This document shows, piece after piece, positions 1-6,825 of a stretch of DNA of 24,000 nt. Within the stretch, counting starts at the first letter, position 1. Each line of letters begins with the position of its first letter. Where the stretch lies: assembly GCF_943193025.1 (NCBI RefSeq), contig NZ_CALPCQ010000004.1, forward strand, positions 1 to 24,000, written 5' to 3'. Below the pieces are notes generated by a model that was not told the DNA's origin, ran no database searches, and was given only the letters and a program-made list of their open reading frames with translations. This stretch comes from Lactobacillus agrestimuris. Lineage in GTDB: Bacteria > Bacillota > Bacilli > Lactobacillales > Lactobacillaceae. The position numbers and the translations under genes are program-made.

Positions 1-81
1 ATGCCGAACACAGAAGTTAAGCTTCTTAACGCCGAGAGTAGTTGGTGGGCAACTGCCTGCGAGGGTAGGAAGCTGCCGCGC
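1..81 (+). rRNA. rrf: 5S rRNA, 3' portion (the 5' end lies upstream of the window; the 3' end is approximate)
   Basis: The string CCGAACACAGAAGTTAAGC...GCCGAGAGTAGTTGGTGGG...CTGCCTGCGAGGGTAGGAAGCTGCCGCGC is the conserved central and 3' part of bacterial 5S rRNA. There is no ORF here, and a tRNA and terminator follow directly, as at the end of rrn operons. Confidence 0.85.
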
Positions 82-94
82 TCTTTTTTAATAT

Positions 95-167
95 TCCGGC
101 TTAGCTCAGTTGGTAGAGCGCTTGACTGTTAATCAAGATGTCGTCAGTTCGAGTCTGACAGCCGGAG
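95..167 (+). tRNA. tRNA-Asn (anticodon GTT), CCA not encoded
   Basis: A cloverleaf can be read directly. The acceptor stem is TCCGGCT / AGCCGGA, with discriminator G. The D-arm is AGCTCAGTTGGTAGAGC. The anticodon stem-loop is CTTGA-CTGTTAA-TCAAG. The T-arm is GTCAG-TTCGAGT-CTGAC. Confidence 0.95.
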
Positions 168-184
168 CTAAACGGAATATGCAA

Positions 185-216
185 GGAAGGGATCACCGGA
201 AGGTGGTTCCTTTTTT
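185..216 (+). terminator. Rho-independent terminator closing the rrn/tRNA transcription unit
   Basis: An 11-bp stem (187-197 paired with 202-212, two G-U pairs) with a GGAA loop, followed by a TTTTTT run. Confidence 0.75.
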
Positions 217-360
217 CGTTGCTTTTATTTAATAATTTCTGTTTGAAAATTTAATATAACGTTATTTTATTTTTGGATTAAAAATGTTATTGTATTAAAC
301 TTCTGTACGTGTAGAAATTAAAATGAAAATTTGAAAAAATTTCAAAAAAACGGTTTTTTA

Positions 361-382
361 TGTAAGCGTTTTTTGATACAAT
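361..382 (+). promoter_or_regulatory. Candidate man operon promoter (extended -10 TGaTACAAT at 374-382) with an adjacent weak cre-like half-match TGTAAGCGTTTTTT (361-374)
   Basis: TG-N-TACAAT lies 39 nt upstream of the manL ATG and its GAGGAGG RBS. The -35 region is poor (TTTTTA). The cre-like string matches TGWAANCGNTNWCA except for the last two positions. Confidence 0.4.
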
Positions 383-420
383 AATAAAGGATTTATTTTT
401 GATCTAGAGGAGGAAATAAC

Positions 421-1431
421 ATGGTAGGAATTGTTTTAGCCAGCCATGGTGGTTTCGCTGATGGTATTGCACAATCTGCGCAAATGCTTTTTGGTGAACA
501 AACAAATTTTGCTCATGTCATCTTAAAGCCTGAAGAAGGTCCAGATGATGTTCGTGGCAAAATGGAAAAAGCAATTGCTTCATTTGATGACCAAGATGAA
601 GTATTGTTCTTAGTTGACTTATGGGGTGGAACACCATTCAATCAGGCTAATACTCTTAGCGATGGTCATGATAATTGGGCAATCGTTAGCGGTTTGAACT
701 TACCAATGGTTGTTCAGGCTTTGACTGAAAGAATGATGAATGATAAGGCTACTGCACACGAAATTGCAACTGCAGTAATTGCCCCAGCAATTGATGGTAT
801 TAAAACTAAACCATCAGATTTGATGCCTAAGACTGAAGCTGCTGCACCGGCTCAATCTGAAGGTAAAGCTACTGGTTCATCTAAGACTATTCCAGAAGGA
901 ACTGTTTTAGGTGATGGTCATATCAAGTACGTGTTGGCAAGAATTGATTCTCGTTTACTTCATGGTCAAGTTGCAACTGGTTGGATTCCTGCAATGAAGC
1001 CTGATCGTGTAATTGTTGTATCAGACAGCGTTGCAAAGGATGAATTACGTAAGAGTATGATTCGTGAAGCTGCGCCAGCTGGAGTTAAGGCACACACTGT
1101 TCCACTTAAGAAGATGGAAGAAATTGCTAAGGACCCAAGATTTGGTGATACACACGCACTTCTTTTGTTTGAAAATCCTGAAGATGTTTTAAGAGCTATT
1201 AAGGCCGGAGTTGACATCAAGGAAGTTAATGTTGGTTCAATGTCATACAGTGAAGGTGACGTTAACGCAAACAATGTTTTATCAATGAATCAAAAAGATG
1301 TTGATACATTCCGTGAACTTGAAAAGATGGGCGTTAAATTTGATGTACGTAAAGTTCCATCAGATAGTCCAAGTAATATGGATGCTATCTTAAACAAGGC
1401 TCAAACTTTACTTGACGAAAAGAATAAATAG
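421..1431 (+). CDS. manL: PTS mannose-family EIIAB component (fused EIIA and EIIB domains)
   Basis: N-terminal MVGIVLASHGGFA carries the EIIA-Man phospho-His motif. An Ala/Pro-rich linker (KTEAAAPAQSEGKATGSSK) follows, then an EIIB-Man domain with ARIDSRLLHGQV (phospho-His). The RBS is GAGGAGG, and this is the first gene of a IIAB-IIC-IID operon. Confidence 0.95.
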   Translation: MVGIVLASHGGFADGIAQSAQMLFGEQTNFAHVILKPEEGPDDVRGKMEKAIASFDDQDEVLFLVDLWGGTPFNQANTLSDGHDNWAIVSGLNLPMVVQALTERMMNDKATAHEIATAVIAPAIDGIKTKPSDLMPKTEAAAPAQSEGKATGSSKTIPEGTVLGDGHIKYVLARIDSRLLHGQVATGWIPAMKPDRVIVVSDSVAKDELRKSMIREAAPAGVKAHTVPLKKMEEIAKDPRFGDTHALLLFENPEDVLRAIKAGVDIKEVNVGSMSYSEGDVNANNVLSMNQKDVDTFRELEKMGVKFDVRKVPSDSPSNMDAILNKAQTLLDEKNK

Positions 1432-1441
1432 GAGTAAATAA

Positions 1442-2254
1442 ATGCAATTTAACTTTATTCAAATCATTTTGATCTTAGTTGTTGCCTTTCTTGCTGGTAC
1501 CGAAGGTATCTTGGATGAATGGCAATTCCACCAACCATTAGTTGCTTGTACTTTAATTGGTTTAGTTACTGGTAACTTAACACTTGGAGTTATTTTAGGT
1601 GGTTCATTGCAAATGATCGCAATGGGTTGGGCAAACGTTGGTGCCGCTGTTGCACCAGATGCCGCTTTGGCTTCTGTTGCTTCTGCAATTATCTTGATCG
1701 AAGGTGGTCAAGGTAAGGCAGGTGTCGGTACAGCCGTAGGTTTGGCTATTCCTTTAGCCGTAGCTGGTTTGTTCTTAACTATGATTGTCCGTACTATTTC
1801 TACTGCTATCGTTCACATCATGGATGCTGAAGCTAAAAAGGGTAACTGGAGAATGATTAACTTGTGGCAATGGATTGCTGTCTGCTTACAAGGTTTAAGA
1901 ATCGCTATTCCAGCTGGACTTCTTTTAGCTATTCCTGCCTCAACTGTTCAAGGTTGGCTTAAGTTGATGCCAACATGGTTGAGCGAAGGTATGTCAATCG
2001 GTGGTGGTATGGTTGTAGCTGTTGGTTACGCAATGGTTATTAACATGATGGCCTCAAAAGAAACTTGGCCATTCTTTGCTATCGGTTTTGCATTAGCAGC
2101 AATTCAAGAATTAACTCTAATCGCCCTTGGTGCTATCGGTATTTCATTGGCCTTGATGTACTTAGCTCTTGAATCAAAAGGTGGCAACGGTGAATCTGCA
2201 TCAAACAGTTCAAACACTGGTGATCCACTTGGCGATATTATTGATGATTATTAA
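1442..2254 (+). CDS. manM: PTS mannose-family EIIC component
   Basis: A polytopic hydrophobic protein typical of ManY/ManM (GWANVGAAVAPDAALASV). It has an AGGAG RBS and starts 10 nt after the manL stop. Confidence 0.93.
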   Translation: MQFNFIQIILILVVAFLAGTEGILDEWQFHQPLVACTLIGLVTGNLTLGVILGGSLQMIAMGWANVGAAVAPDAALASVASAIILIEGGQGKAGVGTAVGLAIPLAVAGLFLTMIVRTISTAIVHIMDAEAKKGNWRMINLWQWIAVCLQGLRIAIPAGLLLAIPASTVQGWLKLMPTWLSEGMSIGGGMVVAVGYAMVINMMASKETWPFFAIGFALAAIQELTLIALGAIGISLALMYLALESKGGNGESASNSSNTGDPLGDIIDDY

Positions 2255-2282
2255 AATAGGCGCTTAGAGGAGGATTTTTATA

Positions 2283-3203
2283 ATGGCTGATAAGAAATTT
2301 CAATTAACTAAGCGTGACCGCTTTAACGTTATGTGGCACTCACAATTCCTTCAAGGTTCATGGAACTATGAAAGAATGCAAAACGGTGGTTATGCATACT
2401 CAATGATTCCAGCATTGAGAAAATTATATCCAGATAAGAAAGATTTAGCTGCTGCCTTACAAAGACACTTAGTATTCTTTAACACTCACCCATACTTAGC
2501 TTCACCTGTACTTGGTGTTACTTTGGCTTTGGAAGAAGATAAAGCTAACGGTGCTGACGTTGAAGACGAAGCAGTACAAGGTGTTAAGGTTGGTATGATG
2601 GGACCTTTGGCCGGTGTTGGTGACCCAGTATTCTGGTTTACTATCCGTCCAATCCTTGGTGCTTTAGGTGCCTCAATGGCCTTAAGTGGTAATGTCGTTG
2701 GTCCTATCTTATTCTTCGTTCTTTGGAACTTAATTCGTCTTGGCTTCTTATGGTATACACAAGAATTTGGTTACAAGGCCGGTTCTGCAATTACTAAGGA
2801 CGTATCAGGTGGTCTTTTGCAAAAGGTTACCCGTGGTGCCTCAATGATGGGTATGTTTGTTTTAGGTGCCTTGATTGAACGTTGGGTTAACATTAAGTTC
2901 ATCCCAATTGTTTCTAAAACACCTATTCAAAAGGGTGGCTACATCGAATGGGACAAGCTTCCTGCAGGAGCAAAAGGTATTCAAGATGCCCTTCTTCAAT
3001 GGGATATGGGTAAAGGTAAGCAATTAACTAACATTAAGACTACTACCTTACAAGATAATCTTGACCAATTAATCCCAGGATTAGCCGGACTTCTTTTAAC
3101 ATTCTTATGTATGTGGTTATTGAAGAAGAAAGTTTCACCAATTTGGATCATTATCGGTATTTTCGTTGTTGGTGTATTATTCCACCTTTGGGGAATCCTT
3201 TAA
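2283..3203 (+). CDS. manN: PTS mannose-family EIID component
   Basis: The N-terminal motif WHSQFLQGSWNYERMQNGGYAYSMIP and FFNTHPY are hallmark EIID-Man sequences. The RBS is GAGGAGG. Confidence 0.95.
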   Translation: MADKKFQLTKRDRFNVMWHSQFLQGSWNYERMQNGGYAYSMIPALRKLYPDKKDLAAALQRHLVFFNTHPYLASPVLGVTLALEEDKANGADVEDEAVQGVKVGMMGPLAGVGDPVFWFTIRPILGALGASMALSGNVVGPILFFVLWNLIRLGFLWYTQEFGYKAGSAITKDVSGGLLQKVTRGASMMGMFVLGALIERWVNIKFIPIVSKTPIQKGGYIEWDKLPAGAKGIQDALLQWDMGKGKQLTNIKTTTLQDNLDQLIPGLAGLLLTFLCMWLLKKKVSPIWIIIGIFVVGVLFHLWGIL

Positions 3204-3209
3204 TCAAAA

Positions 3210-3575
3210 ATGGTCAAATCAATCAATACAAGGGTCGACTTTACGGTAGCTGCTACATGGTTTAGAAGTGTACCAAGTTACGGTAAGGCAATGATCGGTG
3301 ATAAAGCTTTTGAATTTTATAATGAACGCAATGTAACTGATTACGTTCAAATTCCTTGGAACGAAGTAACCTATGTTGTTGCGGATGTAAAATTTAAAGG
3401 AAAGTATATTCCGAGATTTGAAATTCGTACCAGACAAAATGGTAATTTCATCTTCGCTACCAGAGAAGTAAAGAAAACTTTGCGCGAGATTCGGAAGTAT
3501 ATTCCAGCAGATCATATGCTTAAGTCTTTGACGATTTGGCAAAAACTTAAGCGCAGATTTACGCGTAAGGGATAA
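3210..3575 (+). CDS. manO: DUF956 family protein (ManO-like small protein encoded after manLMN in Lactobacillales)
   Basis: A 121-aa ORF starting 6 nt after the manN stop, which suggests coupling. The sequence is of the type found downstream of man-PTS operons in lactic acid bacteria. Its function is unknown. Confidence 0.75.
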   Translation: MVKSINTRVDFTVAATWFRSVPSYGKAMIGDKAFEFYNERNVTDYVQIPWNEVTYVVADVKFKGKYIPRFEIRTRQNGNFIFATREVKKTLREIRKYIPADHMLKSLTIWQKLKRRFTRKG

Positions 3576-3576
3576 T

Positions 3577-3624
3577 AAAAAACTGCTAATACTATCAAAT
3601 AAGATGGTAATTAGCAGTTTTTTT
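3577..3624. terminator. Bidirectional rho-independent terminator shared by manO (+) and the LysR gene (-)
   Basis: A long hairpin: CTGCTAATACTATC (3583-3596), loop AAATAA, then GATGGT-a-ATTAGCAG (3603-3617) with one bulge. It is flanked by AAAAAA upstream and TTTTTTT downstream, so it works on either strand. Confidence 0.85.
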
Positions 3625-4501
3625 ATGCTTCCAGTGAAGCACGTAAACGGTCTAAGAATAATTGAGCAACAGGAGAAAGGGTAGTTTCTTTTTTCCAAAT
3701 AATATTTAATGGTAGATGGATCATTGATTTTAGTGGAATAAAAGTTAAATCAGAATCGGCCGATGTGTTGGCTAAGTGATCTAATGTTAACATTACTGCG
3801 GCATGATTTTTCACAACTAAAGTTCCATTAAAACTTAAATTGTAGGTACCAATAATATTCATTTTATCTCTATAGTTGCCAAACCAATTGTCAAAAATTG
3901 AAAAGTTTTCTGCTTGTTGCGAGGTTAGAATCGGCCGATCGATCAAATCTTGAGGTTTAATAAATTCTTTTTGAGCTAGAGGATCTTCTTTAGTTACTAA
4001 TATTCCCCAACTGTCCTTTTCAGGTAACTGTAGGCTATTATAGTTATCTAGCGGCAAGTTACCAATGATTAGTGCAAAATCAACTGTGCCGATATTTAAA
4101 CGCCTTTCAGCGTATTCATAATCCCCACTCATAATATGGAATTTTACAGTTGGATAGTCTTGAACGATATTACTGATGATGTTAACAATTCGCTGCATAG
4201 CGATACTTTCACCAGCAGCTATTGTTAAATCTCCGCTGATAATTTCGGAAGATTGAAGATTTTCTCTTGTTTTTTGAGTTAAAGTTAAAATCTCTTTAGC
4301 TTGTTCCTGTAAGTATTGACCAGCAGGTGTCAGAATTAACTGACGCGGTTTTCTGATGAAAAGTTTGACTCCAAGTTCGGCCTCTAAATCTGCAATTTGA
4401 CGAGATAAAGCTGGTTGAGAAACAAGAAGTTTTTCGGCTGCCCTAGTCATATTGAGTTCTTGTGCGGTAGCCAAAAAGTAATTTAATACACGTAGTTCCA
4501 T
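3623..4501 (-). CDS. LysR-family transcriptional regulator
   Basis: The N-terminal HTH MELRVLNYFLATAQELNMTRAAEKLLVSQPALSRQIADLEAELGVKLF is the canonical LTTR signature. The protein is 292 aa and is divergent from the acetyltransferase gene. Confidence 0.92.
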   Translation of the reverse strand: MELRVLNYFLATAQELNMTRAAEKLLVSQPALSRQIADLEAELGVKLFIRKPRQLILTPAGQYLQEQAKEILTLTQKTRENLQSSEIISGDLTIAAGESIAMQRIVNIISNIVQDYPTVKFHIMSGDYEYAERRLNIGTVDFALIIGNLPLDNYNSLQLPEKDSWGILVTKEDPLAQKEFIKPQDLIDRPILTSQQAENFSIFDNWFGNYRDKMNIIGTYNLSFNGTLVVKNHAAVMLTLDHLANTSADSDLTFIPLKSMIHLPLNIIWKKETTLSPVAQLFLDRLRASLEA

Positions 4502-4521
4502 ATAATCACCATGATTTTTTG

Positions 4522-4537
4522 TTATACCAAAAGATAA
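4522..4537. promoter_or_regulatory. Candidate LTTR box (TTAT-N8-ATAA dyad) in the divergent lysR/acetyltransferase intergenic region
   Basis: TTATACCAAAAGATAA is an AT-rich interrupted dyad of the T-N11-A type, located 21 bp upstream of the lysR start. The surrounding DNA is AT-rich, so specificity is low. Confidence 0.25.
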
Positions 4538-4609
4538 TTAATAAGTTTTTTACATTGCTTAGCATACAATTTAAACTTGGGTTTAGCAAGAAAAGAGAAG
4601 GAAATAAAT

Positions 4610-5116
4610 ATGGACGAAAACTGTAGACGATTAATTGAACAAAATCAGAGATTATTGCAGAATTTAAATACACAAAGACATTGTAATTGCGAGGTTTTGC
4701 AGCTTGTTAGTGAAATAACTGGGCGGAAGATTGATTCATCAGTTGAAATTAGATTACCATTTTATACGGACTATGGTCGAAATATCAAGATTGGTAAGAA
4801 TGTTTTTATTAATTCTAATGTGACGATGGTCGACACAGGTGGTATCGTTATCGAGGATGATGTGTTGATTGGTCCAGGAGCACTTCTAATCACTGTTAAT
4901 CCTCAAATTGATCCACTACATAGAAGAGAATTTGATTTAAAACCCGTGAAAATAAAGAAAAATGCCTGGATTGGTGCAGGAGCAAAGATTTTACCAGGCG
5001 TTACCGTAGGAAAGAATGCGATAGTTGGGGCTGGCGCAGTTGTAACAAAGAATGTAGCAGATAATACGATTGTTGCTGGCGTACCTGCAAAAACAATTAA
5101 TAAGATAAAAAAATAA
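4610..5116 (+). CDS. Hexapeptide-repeat sugar O-acetyltransferase (maltose/galactoside acetyltransferase family)
   Basis: Left-handed beta-helix repeats and a C-terminal NAWIGAGAKILPGVTVGKNAIVGAGAVVTKNVADNTIVAGVPAKTI. I start it at ATG 4610 because AGAAGGA lies about 6 nt upstream. The ORF-track start at 4577 is TTG and has no RBS. Confidence 0.85.
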   Translation: MDENCRRLIEQNQRLLQNLNTQRHCNCEVLQLVSEITGRKIDSSVEIRLPFYTDYGRNIKIGKNVFINSNVTMVDTGGIVIEDDVLIGPGALLITVNPQIDPLHRREFDLKPVKIKKNAWIGAGAKILPGVTVGKNAIVGAGAVVTKNVADNTIVAGVPAKTINKIKK

Positions 5117-5144
5117 GAGTGATCAAAGTCACTCTTATTTTTTT
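5106..5144. terminator. Bidirectional terminator between the convergent acetyltransferase and permease genes
   Basis: Perfect stem AAGAGTGA (5115-5122) / TCACTCTT (5129-5136) with loop TCAAAG. An A-run lies upstream and a T-run (5138-5144) downstream. Confidence 0.8.
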
Positions 5145-6513
5145 AGGCATTTTCTTTATCCCAGATTTTTGAAATGATATACAAAATTACAAAAGTTAAA
5201 ATTGCAGAGATCATTGGAATTCGATAGCTTGGCAATATTAGCAATAAAATAATTAATATTACAAAGAAGGCTAGAATTAAGTAATCAAGATATGGAAAAC
5301 CTGGCATTTGGAAATCATGAAATTCACTTTCATCAGTTTTTCGGCGATAGGACATGTGAGTTAAAATCATTAAACACCAAATGATTAAGAACATACTTGT
5401 AGCAACTGAAGAAATGAAGTTAAATGCTTGGTCACCGATAATCAGGGTGATTATCGGTGCTAATCCCATTAAGATAGCTGATAGAATTAAACCATTTTGT
5501 GGAAGTTGACGTTTAGAAAGGTGGCCGAATGTTTGATTCCACTTGCCTTTTTTGTCATATGTAACGGAGAATAAAAGCCTACCAGCACTATATAAGAAAC
5601 TATTTGTAGACGAAACAGCTGCTGAAATAACTACAAAGTTAATGATTGAGCTGGCATTTCTCATACCTGTTGCACCAAGTGCTTGAACAAATGGACTTGA
5701 ATTAGTAGAAACTTTTGACCATGGAATTACTAATAAAATAGCAAGGATTGCTAATACGTAAAACAGGATAATTCTAACGGGTAACTGATTAATTGCATTT
5801 CTTAAAGTAACCTTAGGATTTTGTGCTTCGGCTGCAGTTAGTCCGATTAATTCAACCCCGATAAAACTGAAGATAACCATTTGAAATCCCTGCAAGAATC
5901 CTTTTCCACCTCTTGCAAAGAAACCACCGTGATCATTTAAAGTGGCAAAAGTTACAGGACCGAAGGTGGTTTTACCACCAGTGATTAAAAGATATGCTAC
6001 TAAAATTACGAAAGCGATAATGGTAACAATCTTAATAATTGAAAATGAAAATTCTAGATTACCAAAAACTTTTGCCGATATCAGGTTAATACCTAATAGA
6101 ATTACGATGGTAATTAGACCAGGAATCCAAGGTTTCAAACTAGGGAACCAGTATTGGAAGTAGATCCCTAAAGCCGTTGTTTCAGCCATTCCTAAAGTAA
6201 TCCAGCTTAACCAATAAAGATAACCAGTAATAAATCCAATATTTTTTCCTAAATATTTTTCAATGAAATCAATATAGGTATGCTTGCTTAGGTCTGACAT
6301 AATAAGTTCACCTAATGCACGCATTAAAAGGAATAGGAAAGTCCCGACAATGATGTAGATTAAAATTACACTAGGACCAGCTCGGTGAATACTATCACCA
6401 ACTCCTAAGAAAAGTCCTGTTCCAATTGTACCCCCAAGTGCAATCAATTGGATATGGGCATTACTTAAAGTTCGTTTGTAGCCTGAATTAGTATTTGATT
6501 TTTTTTCAACCAT
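5143..6513 (-). CDS. APC-superfamily amino acid permease (CycA/AnsP/AroP-like)
   Basis: The motif YKRTLSNAHIQLIALGGTIGTGLFLGVG...MRALGELI is the signature N-terminus of the AAT family, and about 12 hydrophobic segments follow. I start it at ATG 6513 (MVEKKSN...), which has a GGGGAG RBS 5 nt upstream. The ORF-track start at 6573 lacks an RBS. Confidence 0.9.
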   Translation of the reverse strand: MVEKKSNTNSGYKRTLSNAHIQLIALGGTIGTGLFLGVGDSIHRAGPSVILIYIIVGTFLFLLMRALGELIMSDLSKHTYIDFIEKYLGKNIGFITGYLYWLSWITLGMAETTALGIYFQYWFPSLKPWIPGLITIVILLGINLISAKVFGNLEFSFSIIKIVTIIAFVILVAYLLITGGKTTFGPVTFATLNDHGGFFARGGKGFLQGFQMVIFSFIGVELIGLTAAEAQNPKVTLRNAINQLPVRIILFYVLAILAILLVIPWSKVSTNSSPFVQALGATGMRNASSIINFVVISAAVSSTNSFLYSAGRLLFSVTYDKKGKWNQTFGHLSKRQLPQNGLILSAILMGLAPIITLIIGDQAFNFISSVATSMFLIIWCLMILTHMSYRRKTDESEFHDFQMPGFPYLDYLILAFFVILIILLLILPSYRIPMISAILTFVILYIISKIWDKENA

Positions 6514-6664
6514 TAAATCTCCCCAATTTTGCAATATATTTAATATTTTATCATCTATAGATTTTCTTTCCATAATTTTTAATGAAATTTTAAAAGTAAT
6601 CCAGAATTAAGTGAATGATAATATATCTTATTCATAAGTTTGTTAATTCACAAACAAATAATTT

Positions 6665-6678
6665 AGATAACGCTTTCA
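6665..6678. promoter_or_regulatory. Candidate cre (CcpA) site in the divergent permease/adhE intergenic region
   Basis: Read on the minus strand, the site is TGAAAGCGTTATCT. It matches TGWAANCGNTNWCA at every position except the last. Confidence 0.45.
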
Positions 6679-6730
6679 CATATAAGCTAGTAAGGGAATA
6701 AAGGATATTATAGTTTGTGCATCAAACAAT

Positions 6731-6763
6731 TTTCAAAATAAATCGTTTACATTTATTTTGAAA
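6731..6763. repeat. Perfect 13-bp-arm inverted repeat (TTTCAAAATAAAT-cgtttac-ATTTATTTTGAAA) centred on the adhE -35 region
   Basis: Arms 6731-6743 and 6751-6763 are exact reverse complements with a 7-nt spacer. The spacer and right arm contain the TTTACA -35 hexamer. Confidence 0.8.
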
Positions 6764-6773
6764 GTGATATAGT
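6746..6773 (+). promoter_or_regulatory. Candidate adhE promoter: -35 TTTACA (6746-6751), 16-bp spacer, extended -10 TGaTATAGT (6765-6773)
   Basis: Both hexamers are good sigma-A matches with a TG extension. The promoter lies about 55 nt upstream of the adhE ATG. Confidence 0.6.
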
Positions 6774-6778
6774 GAGAA

Positions 6779-6796
6779 TTGTAAAAAGTTTCACAA
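6779..6796. promoter_or_regulatory. Rex (redox repressor) box TTGTAAA-AAGT-TTCACAA at the predicted adhE transcription start
   Basis: It matches the Gram-positive Rex operator TTGTGAA-N4-TTCACAA at 13 of 14 specified positions. It lies immediately downstream of the -10. adhE is a classic Rex target. Confidence 0.7.
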
Positions 6797-6825
6797 TCAT
6801 TAGTAGATCTTAGAGGTAATCAATT

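Noticed and set aside
256-265. The palindrome ATAACGTTAT as a cre site.
   Set aside because: It has the central CG, but it lacks the conserved TG...CA ends of the cre consensus.
200-420. I looked for a sigma-54 promoter and ManR-type control upstream of the mannose PTS operon, as in Listeria mpt or L. plantarum.
   Set aside because: There is no TGGCAC/TTGC pair with correct spacing anywhere in the leader. No sigma-54 activator gene is adjacent.
6638-6655. The inverted repeat GTTTGT-taattc-ACAAAC, containing TTCACAA, as a possible additional Rex box in the permease/adhE intergenic region.
   Set aside because: The half-sites TTGTTAA and TTCACAA abut with no 4-bp spacer, so the geometry does not fit the Rex operator. 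It also overlaps the candidate permease -35 and may be coincidental. I kept only the correctly spaced box at 6779-6796.
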